DNA of 64,000 nt, taken from NCBI GenBank assembly GCA_001949185.1, contig BDGG01000006.1, forward strand, positions 416,827 to 480,826, given 5' to 3'. Positions 47,412-59,899 of this stretch are shown here, one piece after another. The notes under the pieces are model-generated. The model was not told where the DNA came from. It was given only the letters and a program-made list of their open reading frames with translations, and did not search any database. The stretch comes from Ramazzottius varieornatus (Eukaryota > Animalia > Tardigrada). Position 1 is the stretch's first letter; each line of letters opens with the position of its first letter. The position numbers were made by a program, and so were the translations under genes.

Positions 47412-48603
47412 TTAATATTGCTGGTTTTTCAAGTACTGCTCCAGAGACGGAGGCGCTACACCGAAGAAATCCGACACCTTGCCTGCATGACCGAGACAGA
47501 CTCTACAGTTAGTCAAAAGTGTACCAATGGTGTATAAAGTTCCGACTGGCTGCCACAGTATTTTCAAATTCTTAGAATAATCCAGAAAGGCGAACTGCTG
47601 AATGACTTCCCCGAAACCCCATTCTACAGCAATGCGTACTCCTGCCATGGCCTTGTTAAAGTCTGTTTCTTCCTCGGACAGCTCTGCAGCGCCTGCGCGA
47701 AACGGAGCTTCTAGATATTCGAAGATGAGATATGCAGGATTTCCATAAAGACGGTAAACTGCCCCGACTTCAGCCATCTTGTTCTTGAGAAGGTCCAGCA
47801 GTCCGCTTTCAGCCAGCATCCCTGAAACATAATTTTTTCAAATTGGCAAACAAGCTGGACAAGATCGTTTTCCCAAGCGGCGCACGCTTTAAGCTAGTAG
47901 CACTGACGACCTGCGCCACTTGGGCTAAACATAACATGAGCCAGCTACCTGAATCATGGCGTCTGCCAGGCCACGGCCCGTCCAGGTTAACAACCAATCC
48001 ATTAGGCGCCATCACGGACTGGAACTTCAAGCCATGCAGACGGTAGTGGCCACTGTAGATGGTTTTCTAATCGACTTTCGGTCGGCAACAGGGACGAAAA
48101 GTTCCGTCGATAAAACCCCACACAGCGCGAAGTGGTGCGCCCTTTCGTCGTACTGCTTTACAGAAGAGAGAGATGTCTGCTGCTTTGAGCCAAAACAAAT
48201 CTAGGGATGTGAGAAGATGCCTGAACTTCGATTCCACGTGACCTACAATCCAGCTGAAAGCCATTGATAACTCCGGTTTGCTTCGCCGATAAATTAGCTT
48301 GAGGGTGGTGTATCGGCTGGGATAGGCAAGTCGTCCAAGGAGAATACAAAGGATCTCAACTCCATCAAACAGTGATTTGTTCTCCAGACTAACAGCATCA
48401 GGTATGCCGAAACCTTCTTTCAAGCGAGGGATGTTTTCTCGTGTGAAGTGAAACCATTCCCATATATCCGAATTATCTATCGCGTTTAAGTCAAACGGTA
48501 TCCTCAGTGGCCTCTCCACCTTCGGTAGGGACAGCATCAGAACAGTTTCCTCATAAGACAAAGCTTTGGACATCAGAAGCACACAAGTTGTTTTTCTGTC
48601 CAT
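47412..48603 (-). pseudogene. Harbinger/HARBI1-like (DDE_Tnp_4) transposase, inactivated
   Basis: LGRLAYPSR, VWGFIDGTFRPCCRP, YSGHYRLHGLKFQSV, GPWPGRRHDSGML and RIAVEWGFG; intron 47948-47822. Premature TAG at 48067-48069, and the catalytic YGD reads YGN (47739-47741). Confidence 0.9.
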
Positions 48604-51200
48604 GGTTCAAGCGTATCCGCGAAGGAAAATAAGCTTCGGAGAAGAAGAAAATATCGGAAGCAAACTCAATTTGCTTGTTCAGCCTAGCTGCAGGAAAGTT
48701 TAGCGTGCGTGATAACTTAACCTACAACGAAATCTTCACATACGATTCCGGTTCCGCTTGTTAGCTACAGTCGGAGAGTGAACGGGGACTGGCAACTTAA
48801 TGTGCTTACTGTCTTTTGTCCCTTTCCGCTGTCCATTGTTAGCCGCATTGTGTACTATTGCGGGCAGAAGGTTGATAACATGACCAATCAAAGTATCAAA
48901 GTTGGCTGACGTCGAAACATGGCGGGCAATCAAAAGGCTTGATTGATTGCCATTTCCGGTGCAATCAGCTGTTTGGCTTGCAGCCCGTGTTCCTGTCTTA
49001 CGGAAGTTACGGGCTTCTTCCGGCCTTTCTCTCTGACATACTAGCCTGAGAAACAATTGCACAGGTGTGTCAAGGGACTACAGAGTGTAGCAGAGGAGAC
49101 GGCCGGAAGAAACCCGTAAGACCCGTACCGTAAGACAAACGAACACCTGCTGCAAGCAAATAGCTGATTGCACCCGAAATGCCAATCAAGTCTTTTGATT
49201 GGCCCGCCCTGTGTTGAAGTCAGCTGACTTTGATCGTTTGATTGCTTATGATCTGAGCATTTTGACCGCAATAGTACACGTCAGATGGTCAATCTTGCAA
49301 GACACTGAATTTCACGCTGGCTGCGCTTATCCAGCTGGCCAATTGGAGCGAGAATGAAAATTTGGCAAGTCATGATGGTCAAATAAATTACGTCAGTATG
49401 GAATACAGATAATAAACACCTTACTTGACGTCATGCGTCAATTTTCTCGTTTGGTGTACCATACCGACCACTGACGTGGTGCTGTAGCCCGTTTTTTTCC
49501 CAGAACCGAGCCAGGATCCTCTTATAAGCACACAAACATCCCTTCCAGCACTTGACAAAAAGGTTAAAATGTCTGGATTAGATCTAAGCTGAATAAACAC
49601 ATGGGGAAAACGTGCCTTAAAGCTTTGTAGCCGCCGGAGAGGATAACTGACACTGCTATGAGAAAAGGGTCGTTGTGCAAAAGTCGTATTTGCAATTGCG
49701 ACCAGGTAGTTATGTGGCATCCATTCATTTTTTCTGACTAGTGCGTGCCGATCCATCTCGAGGATCTAGGCACGCTTTGACATATTAGACTTCCGGCCAT
49801 AAAGCAGCCCGCCATTACTTTCGTCATATTTTGGATGAAAGCATTCTGACGTTACAGTGGCCTCTTACAGCGTGAGGATACGCCCGCAGCTGTTCAGACG
49901 CAAAATCCCCATGTCTCAGCTGGTAACCACCCTCAGAATTTTCCAGAAAATCTTCCCAGAAGGGCGAACATCATTTTGAGACTTCGAGCCACGGCGGGGT
50001 ACGGCGAACTTACCACACGATGCCCCTCCATATTCCCAACAACTTCATGCCAAAAATAGGCCATTTAGGAATGAAAACCTTTGTATAATGATACGACCGC
50101 CAATACCCACATGTAGCGGAACAAACGGGAAGATGTCCCTCACTTCATATTTGCTGCTGATGAGTTCTTCATCCGTTTCGCCTGACTGACAGACACTGCA
50201 GTGGTATCGCGTCTCTCCTGTGGCGAATAAGCCACCATCGTTGTTCTATATGAAGGGGAAAGCCGTCGTCGTTTTAGCGGACACTCCTCCTCGCGTGGCG
50301 CAGACTTTCCTGGCGGCTGCTTTTTGTCAGTAGGCTGGTGTCTACAGTATACCGGCGGTATTGGCACAAGCTTTAAGCGTAGAGTGTCAGCAGATCGTCT
50401 CACAATCGTTTGTGTGGCGCACACAACTCGGATGACATTGCAATCAGGATACTGCAGCTAAGACCACGCTGTGGGTTCAACAAGAACGACCTGCATCGAG
50501 GATAGTGCCTTCGCACAGTTACCGTCGCTCCCGGGACGACCATGGATATTGTACGTTGTGACATCTACCACAGCGATGCTGCACTGGAGGTAACGCCAGA
50601 AGGTACGCGAATCAGTCAAAACGGCCATTTCAACTTACGAAATTTTAGCCCAGTTGACTGCTCCAGCGCGCGATCAGGATTCGCAGCAACTCCAGCTGCC
50701 TCGTATGCTGCGTTTGTCATACCGAACGCCTAATATGCCCAGTGCGAGGTGGCAGTAGTGCAGCAACTAATTCGGTTTAGTGCTGGTCCCGTGCACGTGA
50801 CGCCACCTTGCCCTTCACCGTGTGGCCATACAGCAAGAAGTCCGTCTTCGGTAGTTTTTCACCTGAAGCCGCGCCCTTTCTGAATTTGGGGCACAATGAG
50901 ACGCATATTGCCCCGGTGAGCGAAGCCCTTGTTTTCTTACAGTAACCGCCTTATGTATGGAGGCCAGTACGAGAAGGCCGGCATGGAGTTACAGTATCCA
51001 GTGACGATTTTCCGGTATGGAATTATCAGGCATAATAGGCTCAAACAGTAGACTTTGCTGTTTAAGTCACAACAATCCACAGTATGCCGCACAATCGGAC
51101 ATCAAAGATCGTTGATAATAAATCGTGGAGTGCATTTCGGGACGTAAATGGCATTGAGAAAACTACAGCGTAAAAACTAATGGTTGGAGGTTGAGTTTAA

Positions 51201-52413
51201 TCAAAGACGTAACAGGACAGTACCAACAGTAAGCATTAGGATGATTGTACTGGTGCACATTTCTGCCGTGTTTGATCCGCTGGAATCGCCGCTCGAGCCG
51301 TGGCTGTCGGGAGAGGCAGTTTGACCACCTGCAGGTTGAGTATCAAACGCTGGAGCCGGATTTGCGTTGCCACTGGGAGTGACGGGATCGACGAGTAATG
51401 GCAATGGTTTCTGAATTCCAATGCTCCCGGTGTTGCAGTTGTCTGCGGTAGTGCAAATGCATACCGGAGATTTATCTTCAAACCAGCCTTTAGGGCAGCC
51501 GGCCGCTCCTTTAGGCTCACGGGCTTGGCTGACAAAGACAATGTCCTCTTCCGCCTCGAAACTGACGCAACCCCGAACCACTCTTTTGACTGCAGAACAA
51601 TGAAGCTTATTAAAGAAAAAGAATGCAGGCAAAGCAAGTTATTTTTTGGGGCAATTACTCAGTGTACAATAGGCAACCCGGCCAAACATGAACCCCAAGC
51701 AACACGTCATCATACGACTAAAGTTAATCCAGGTCCGAAAATTGGCCTTTGTTAACCTCCTATGTGGTGTTCTGCGAACTGTGACGTGCTGCGTGAAGTT
51801 GACGAAGCATCAAGTTTTGCACATTGTTAATTGCTCCATCACTTCGTCAATTACTCACGGGAACCGTAGTGACTGTGGATGCAACTGCCAGTCAAAACTT
51901 TGCAATAGTGGGAATTTTTATAAAACCAACGACCACATATTTTGATACTCAGCTTGGCGCCCGTTCTGTGTTGTACAGTATGCGCGTTACTTGCTGCAGG
52001 AGTAAGGCGTCTTTCCCATCGAAACTCAAGTATTCGTTCGGAAGCTCTTAACTTACGTGTCGTATTATCCGCTTGGTACCAGATGACCACTTGACAACCC
52101 AAAAAGGCGGGCGAGATCCCCGTACACTTCTTGGAGAACTTCGACGCAATCGACGGGCTGTTAGATGCACAATCTTTCTGGCTAGTTGTCGGATTGTCAA
52201 GGGAATATTCGCACTCCACGCAATTAGTCACAACTGCAAATGTCCTTCATGGTAAGCACTTCATTGAAGGCAGAATATGGTTACGCACGTACCTGCCGCA
52301 ACTTTCCTGTTCGAACAGTACAGCAATACAACGCAAAGTATGCAGGCAGACTTGACACTGAATTCTCGAGTCCACCACACAGCTCTCAGTACCATCATCG
52401 GTGAGTACAACAT
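51201..52413 (-). CDS. Ly6/three-finger (quiver/sleepless-like) GPI-anchored protein, copy 3 (intact)
   Basis: Exons 52413-52293, 52233-52057 and 51589-51201 join in phase. Ten-Cys LU pattern CVEC...C...C...C...RGC...C...CIC...NCN, a S/T/P-rich stalk and a hydrophobic C-terminus. Confidence 0.85.
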
Positions 52414-52593
52414 TTCAGACGTTTGTAAAACGTTTCAAAAACGTAAGTCAGATCTGGGCGGAGGTACTAGCCAATACACTTCGTTTCCATAGAAAAGTAT
52501 TCATTTTAATCTCAGCTCCTAAAAAGCATCACCAGCTTCAGAGCGGTAGGGTTGAGACCAGTGCTTGCCGTGTCTCGTTGCAATACAAACGTC

Positions 52594-52698
52594 GCATACT
52601 TTGTGTTGTATTGCTGTACTGTTCGAACAGGAAAGTTGCGGCATTGTCTTTGTCAGCCAAGCCCGTGAGCCTAAAGGAGCGGCCGGCTGCCCTAAAGG
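52594..52698 (+). repeat. Inverted chimeric duplication of two separate pieces of Ly6 copy 3
   Basis: 52594-52643 is the reverse complement of 52294-52343 (1 mismatch). 52642-52698 is the reverse complement of 51487-51543 (identical). Confidence 0.92.
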
Positions 52699-52807
52699 AA
52701 AAGGAACCAGATTGGCTTGGTATTACTCCAGATCATTCCAACTATTTTGGACGGAGTCAACCTTAGTTGTAGTGATACTGTATCTTGCTGTGATACGAGC
52801 CTGTAGA

Positions 52808-53896
52808 ATGTCGTACTCCGGAAAGAAAGTAATGACACGTACGGGATGGACTGGAGGATACAGCGATACATTTTCCTGGTTGCTTTTGGTTGCATTGTTG
52901 TATTACTCACAGAGGGAAGTTGCAGCAGGTACAGCTAACGTCAAGAAATCATGTGTGGTACGCGTTGACACTTTTACCAGGAGAGACTTTTGCAGGCGTC
53001 ACTGACTGCGTATTTTGCGATTTCGACTTCGCACATCCGAACAGTAGCCAGAAAGACTGCCTATACGACAACTCGTCGGCTATGCAGCAGTACTCGAGAA
53101 AGTGCAAAACTGTGCCGTCTTTGGCCCTTCAGTTTGCGCACAATTATGCTTGCCGGGTGGCAATCTATTACTTAGCGGACAACGTGACAGGTAAGTTAGG
53201 AATTCGATCTTCGTCTGTACACTTTATTCGGGTTGGTAGCTTGGGTGTCAAGTTGGTGCAGTAACGATGCAAACACAGTGCATCCCAACACCCCCCCCCC
53301 CCCTATTCGACCAGTTTTGATCAATAACTGTGGCTGCACTGCTGTACGGAGAGCATAGCTTAATGGCGCACACTGGCACGACAACAAGTCGAAACGGGTG
53401 GTTAAGATGGGGGATGCTGGGTTGCATCATGATTGTTTCTGCCCTGTGCAACAAGCGTCACTGTTTGGCAGTCACGAGGGTGAGGCGGGACTGCGGTAGT
53501 GTTGACCATCTCTTTGACACCCTCTTTGTCAACGACGCGCGCGGACCTAACGGAACTGCCGGCTGCCCAATTGGCGGCACTGTGGAACACGAGAAAACCC
53601 CCGTTTGCATGTGCTCGACGGAAAACAACTGCAACAGTGTACTGATGTCGGGACAAAGGCCACTCACGAACTTTGCCGTCGAGGCGAGCACTCCGCTTCC
53701 TAGCCCGAGTAGCAGTCGCAGTGGCAATACAAATCCCGGCCCAACTGTCACCCTCCAAGCTGCAGGTGATCAAACCAGTACCACCGTCAATAACAAACCG
53801 ACCGCCGGGTCGGCTGGATCAAGCACTGCCAAATTGTCGGCTACAGCAGTCGTCACAATAATTTGTGTCAGTATGGCCTTTATTATAGGCTTTTGA
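52808..53896 (+). CDS. Ly6/three-finger (quiver/sleepless-like) GPI-anchored protein, copy 4 (intact)
   Basis: Exons 52808-52928, 52996-53190 and 53472-53896 join in phase. Ten Cys ending in CMCSTENNCN, a mucin-like stalk and a GPI-signal-like tail. Confidence 0.85.
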
Positions 53897-53964
53897 CTGA
53901 GCCAGCGAAACGGCGGCTATGCACATAATTCTCTTAGTTCTGCTTTGACTGCCGATTGGGAATG

Positions 53965-56678
53965 CTATTGATAACTATTCGAAGTCAACTCTTGGTACTC
54001 CTGGTCGAACTCTAAGTAATCCTGAAGGACATCGTAGCTGATGATTTGGTCGAGTGTCCTCCTTATCTCCATGAAGGACATGCGGGCGTTAGGGTTGGTG
54101 AACCAGCAATTGTGCATCACTTCGTACCTAAAGCCACGTCAACATAACTTAGTCGCCAGAAAATGCGGCATGCCTGTCGGATGTCACCTACAGGCTGATG
54201 GGTGCTGCCGGTGGTTTCTCCAGTCGGTGACCTTCTCCCAGCCATGCCACAAATGACCGTATATGGCCGTTGAGAACGGCCAAGCTAGCGTAGGGCGTTT
54301 CGCCCAAACTAAAGATCTTCCACATAACTACCCCAAAGGACCACACATCACTGCTTTGGTTGAAGGACTTGGTCAGCAAAGCTTCCGGAGGCATCCATCG
54401 AATGGGTAGGCCAACCTGCCAATTAAAGCCTGGGCTATTGCATGGCAAAGAGGTTAAGTCACCTACGATAGGCCTCTGACAGTACTTACGTTGCTTTCCA
54501 TGACGTAAACGTTATCTCCTTTCCTTGCCAAGCCAAAATCAGATATCTTGGCAATTTTCCCATTTGTGACGAGGACGTTTCGAGCAGCCAGATCCCGATG
54601 GATGATCTTCCTGGAAGCTAGGTACTCCATGCCCCGGGCAATCTGATATGCAAAGCTCGTTAAATCTTTGACAGTCAGAATCGTCTCGTCACGGCTTCTG
54701 GAAGGCAGCGTTGCGTCAGATACGGACTGCGCGTCTACCGTTAGACTTCCGTCCGCCACTGACATGAAAGTGTCTTCGTCGCTCATGTTCTGACTTTTCA
54801 GTTGCCGCTGGGTCTGCAAAACGGCCAGCAAAGAGCCCTGCTCACACAACTCCAGAACCAGTGCTGGAGCGCGCTTCAGGTACACCACTGCCAGCAAGTT
54901 GACGATACTGGGGTGATCTCCTGCGTGAAACATGGCGGTGGCTTCATCCACAAACAGCTTGGCAGACACTCGCTCATTGAAGACGGCGTCGAACGTCTTG
55001 ACTGCCACGTTGACCAGACCTCTGCGCTGTTTCAAGCCCCCAGCCAGCGCTTTAACCACCGTGCCGTGACAACCTTTGCCCAGCTGCTCCGCGGACATTT
55101 CCAGCTGGTCAAGGCTGACGGTCAGGTGTTTCATGTAGGCGTGCAGTTCTGTGTGGGCGGTAAAATATTCGTCAGCCACGTCAACGGGGGCACGATCGAA
55201 CGGAGGGTAACTGTCAGTCCGCCAACTGCATTCTCTCCTTCCTGGAACTGTGCATGCATGTCTCCATCCCTGTACTTTTCGAACAATCCACATGGCAGAT
55301 AGAACTAACAGCGCCATGCCCGCGCCCACCCCAATTATTAGCCCTATGTCTGCACCTTGAGACTGGTGCAAAGTCGACGGAGTCGTGAGCATCGGGTCAA
55401 TATTGACGCGGCATGTCTCATACAGAGAAGAGTACATTTCTTCGAACTGAACCAGACTATTGTTGACGGCAAACTCCTTAGTCAGTGGATCCGGTCACCC
55501 ACAGTTTCCGCAGCCCTGTTGGCAAAATGCGAACCGCAAATTGTCCTCTGACAAAGAAATATGGCAAAATCAACATCCGCCAGCCCTAAAGTTTTTGAAG
55601 TCATTCTGACTGTTGAAGAATTTTTACTCGAATCATTTACGATGTGAGACGTCTTGTGGCCTTGATGGGACTTGTTCCCGTGCTGTGGGACTTTAAACAA
55701 TAAACCTAAACCTAAAATAATATCGACGGAAGAGGTACCGTTGACGCAGGAAAACCAAAAGCTACCTGGACTTGCCAGTTCACTGGCTTTGGTCGCCATC
55801 CAAGACAGAAGGTCCAGAGTGGAACAGTCGGAACAGTTGTTGTCGTTGTCCGTGAAGCAAAAGTCCAAGCTTGTCTTATTTAAAGTCTGCAGCACTACAC
55901 TGGAAGGACAAGCCTCCGGACTGTTCTTGAATATTGTTAAAGTTCGTAGATTGGTAAACTCGAAGGTGGTATCATTGATGGAAGGACCTAGTATTCTTAG
56001 ATGTCGGTTCCTCTCCAAGTAGAACTCCTAGATCCAAGATAGTCATTTGCTCATGACAAATGTTGGGCTATCGGTACGCACGATAAGAGTTTCTGGACGG
56101 GAAGTTTACCTTCACAGTGTTGGCAATAGGCTTCAAGGAACTCCAAGGAAATGCCACTGGCGCAGCATTCAGCTCCAGCCGTAGCATCTTCAGGCCTTCA
56201 GCCGACGCCACAGGCCTCGAGAACCAAAGAAAAACGCTTTCGCTGATAGTTTGCATCTCACAATCGACCATGATCAGTTCTCGTGGGCCATGGAAGCCGG
56301 AGAATGTTTATGACGTTAAACTCCTCATATTGATGCTTTCCAGACGAAGCACTTTGATGGAGGATTTGTACAGGATGGAGCCTGTAAAAATGCGCCACTG
56401 AAAGGCATTTATCGACAGTTCCCATCCCACGCTGTCAACGAGCTGGATATTCTTCATCTGTAAACTCTTCAAAGGCTCTGAATTGATGATCGGTGTGACA
56501 TCGTGTAGCTCTGAGACGACAATGGTTCGAAGTATCAAACTCTTAGTGGTGTTCTGGATTGTAGGAGACGAGTGCAGCGGCCACGGGTCACTGGAGCAAA
56601 CGCTTGTTTGTAACGCCGTGGCATTATTTTCACCCAGCTCGCATTCCTCAATTGCTGCAAACAGGCCTTTTATCAGTA
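53965..56678 (-). pseudogene. Receptor tyrosine kinase with an LRR-like ectodomain, disrupted
   Basis: [24 protein letters not shown]; kinase motifs [41 protein letters not shown] and SDVWSFGV. The ectodomain has an in-frame TAA at 56308-56310 and a frame break with stops near 55480-55600; the 5' end abuts a foldback insertion. Confidence 0.82.
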
Positions 56679-57411
56679 GAGTTCCTAGCCGAAATTATAC
56701 CGCGCAGTGTTGTTCCGATACGACAGCAGGACTAACTCAAATCCGGTGTCCATGTTAAGTCTGTGGCTACAGCGGGCAATATCGGAATTGAATTCTGCAT
56801 TATGAACTAAAATACATTGTACCGGAACAACACTGCTTGTACGGTGTGGGAATTGTAAAGGCGCCGAAAGTTGGGCTAAGGCGTCATAGCCTGGCCCCTT
56901 GCTGCTCCGATTGGTGCGTCCGATTGCATTTTCGACGTGTCGGTTACCTGAGGTTAACCGAGTAGAAAACGTAGTCCAACTAAATAACAATGCCGAGCGT
57001 AAATCATGTGTCAATAAGTCATAACTCGTCGAAACAAGTAACCCAAAATTAAAATAAATATCGAAGTTGTTATGATTAATCGTACGATGTACCCATATGG
57101 CAGAAAAATACGGATTTATCGTTCAAAGCCATTTGCGGTGACTCTGATGAATATTCACACGTTCCATATGATGAACCATTTAGGTTTCGGTAACTTGTTT
57201 CGGTGAGTTATGGCTTTACTAAAACATGAGCTACATTCGGGATTGTTATTCAGTTGGACTAAGTTTTCTACTCGGGTAACCTCACGCAAACGACACGTCG
57301 AAAATTCTAACAGAACGCACCGATCGGCGCAGCACGGGGCGAGGCTATGACGTATCAGCTACTTTCGGCTCCTTTACAATTCCTCGAACCTACGAGTTCG
57401 GCTAGGAACTC
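56679..57411. mobile_element. Foldback-like element with ~200-bp imperfect inverted arms and a nested hAT-type MITE (56705-56835)
   Basis: Terminal gagttcctagccgaa versus ttcggctaggaactc; ~56850-57050 pairs with ~57180-57382. The nested unit is cagtgttgttccg...cggaacaacactg. Confidence 0.8.
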
Positions 57412-57858
57412 CTCTGATTTTTATCAATATGGCTTAGATACTGTAGTATCGTGTGCAGCCGTCGTACTTGTTACCTCGTTGGCCTCCAAAAAGTACAAGG
57501 TATCAGGGTAACAGGTTGGGTAATATCAGGGTTACCTTTTGGTTTTAGCAGCTTGTTACCTACCGACTGTTTTTCGCATTCTACTGGTGCTAAGTTGGAT
57601 GGTCAACAATAATTTCTGTGGCATGACAAACACCTAGACCGTCACTCTGCGCATCAAAACGTTTTTTGGTTTCACTGATACTGAATCCAAGAGTCATCTT
57701 CCTGTTGAGAAAGTCATTTTTCGTACCCTCCAACAAGTCCCACAGCTGCAACAAGTTGGAAAGAAGATGTTACCGCGGCCCGTCAGACCTGTTGGAGGAC
57801 CCCTCAAGCCTGTTATTGGATTCCTCGAATTACGAGCTGACTCTTCCATCTTATTATT

Positions 57859-58129
57859 ACACAGATTAAGCAGCCACTGAAATTTCACTTTCCGACTGTA
57901 GCTAAACCGATGTGCAACGTCACTCCTAAACGCAGCAGTTGATCTTTGATTTGAATAGTTGGGCAGCCGCCATGCTTCCTAATGCTAGCTAACCGTAAAT
58001 CCGATTACGCTATTTACTGAAAATAAGGCGAGCTCGGGAGAACAAAATGAAGTTAAACGTCATGAAAGAGGCGGAGTAAGGCCGTAACTACAGTTGCAAC
58101 GTGAACCGGAGTGGCAGCTTAATCTCTGT
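57859..58129 (-). mobile_element. MITE family C copy with ATT target duplication
   Basis: Reverse-complement homolog of 31810-32080; ATT at 57856-57858 and 58130-58132. Confidence 0.85.
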
Positions 58130-59371
58130 ATTGTGGCCAGATGCAGCTCTTGGTTGTTTTTTTCTTGTGAAAATACGAGAGAAACCGCGGGCATCGGTCT
58201 ACTGTGTTACAAAACAAGCTGAACTGTCCTTGCTTTTCGTAGACCGATGTTTCGAAGCGCAAGTGAATTTCGGTTGGGAAAACAGCCGATTGTGACTTAC
58301 TTTCGTCAGGACTGTATCTGTAAAGTGTGTGGAACGCCTCTGGAGCTGCTTGCCGTTCGTATTTTTATCGGATAAGGTCTGTGGGCGGCCCTAACGGCAA
58401 AAAAAGGTTGGTTTCGGTGACTGTTTGGATTGGTGACATTTAGTTAACTTCGTGCTGTTCCGAGCGTTAACAATCAACCGTGTCTGTCTACTATGCCGGA
58501 TCCCTCTAATTTATCGGGAGGATTTCTGAAACAGCAGATGAAGGTCATGAATCTTCCATCCTCGGGAACAGCGAGACGCTCCTCGAAAGGTATAGGAACA
58601 CTGTGGCTGATATGAAGAATGGGTGCGGAAGTTCTGGGGCTCCCTTGTTCGTCACAAGTTCTGCCGAAGTTCCTTCTTAATCTGAACCTTTCCCCACGAC
58701 TTCCAAGACAACGTTCTGCTGCTTCGGTCCAAGATGGAAGAAGCTTTGAAGCACAAGGTGCGAGAAGCTGTGGAAGCGCATTATCCTAACTTGTAGGGAC
58801 CGGAGATGCCAATAGAGACAACGGCAGCCATCGACATATTCGTCAGGCGAATCCTCGACGGTGTGCTGAATAACTTTCAGGGCTGTTTGCAAGAAGGTAT
58901 GAGAGATCATGTGAATTCTTTACAGGTAGAAAATCAGAAGCTGGAAGAGAAATCAAGATCCTAAGTGATAGCCATGAAGTCGTCCCGAGGAGATTGTCGC
59001 GGTGGATGACCCCTCCCCACTGTAGGAGTTTTTGTAGTTCTGCCGTTTGAAATGTACTACTCGTACGGGGTGTTTGGCCTTCTGGCCAAATTGTGGTCAA
59101 AAAACTTGACCAAAAAGGTCAAACGAAAGTTAGCGAATTGGTCTGACCATGGTTTGCTCAAATCTACTCTAGTTTGGATGTGCATAAAGTTTTTGTACCC
59201 GATTTAATGGGTTGAAAACGGAAAACTCATTATGCTTTACCAGCCTGCTTGCCATGCTTCGGCTGTGCAGCTGCGGCTTGACTGCTCGATCACACCAGTT
59301 GTAGCACGCCGTAGTGCAAGTGCTGCATATTGAACTTTGACTTTGCGCCAGGTTGTAACCCGAGTGATTGA

Positions 59372-59852
59372 GGTTTCGGCGGCCCAATTTTGGTACGAAC
59401 ATTTTTGCTTCCAAAGTGCACTTGTTTTGACACCAGATTCTTCGGAACACTCAAGGGAATCGCTTAACAGAGCTGCCACGCTTCGCCACTGATGGAAGTT
59501 TCACAAAACTGATCGCCGTTTTGAGAAGATTTTACCGAAAAATCCACGGGGGATTAGTAGCTGAAGCACACCCACATAGTGGTTTATTGTCAAAACACAC
59601 GCAGGTGCACATTCGGGCTGTATGACGTCAAAACTTTGTCACTTGAAACTTCGAATCCTTCAGGCTTTTCTGACGAAGTCGTCTGACCAGTGGTCAAATA
59701 GCCAAATGTAATTTAGCATCTTGTTCCTCGATTTTTGATACACCAGACTGCATCAGCAGTTTAATTTTGCGCTTGGGGTCCCAAAACTTCAAACTCGTTT
59801 CCTTAACAATCAGACTGGCGAACGTTCGTATCAAAATTGGGCCGCCGAAACC
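59372..59852. mobile_element. Probable ~480-bp MITE
   Basis: 29-bp inverted repeat ggtttcggcggcccaattttg(g/a)tacgaac at 59372-59400 and 59824-59852, 28/29 identical; no clear TSD. Confidence 0.55.
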
Positions 59853-59899
59853 CATTTACTGTCGGTGGCTATCAGTGCAGGTTCACTGCTTGTCCGCTG

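Larger units (their letters stand above)
45602..48807. mobile_element. Full-length two-gene PIF/Harbinger-superfamily (PHIS) DNA transposon with ACT target-site duplication
   Basis: 30-bp perfect TIR AAGCACATTAAGTTGCCAGTCCCCGTTCAC, extending imperfectly to ~47 bp. ACT at 45599-45601 and 48808-48810. Encloses convergent Myb/SANT-like and DDE transposase genes. Confidence 0.92.

Noticed and set aside
49421-50733. Several 60-110-aa ORFs
   Set aside because: Fragmented and unrecognisable; probably decayed TE or gene sequence.
59169-59479. Possible mariner WPxxSPDLNP remnant
   Set aside because: The match needs several frameshifts and overlaps a TIR; too weak to call.
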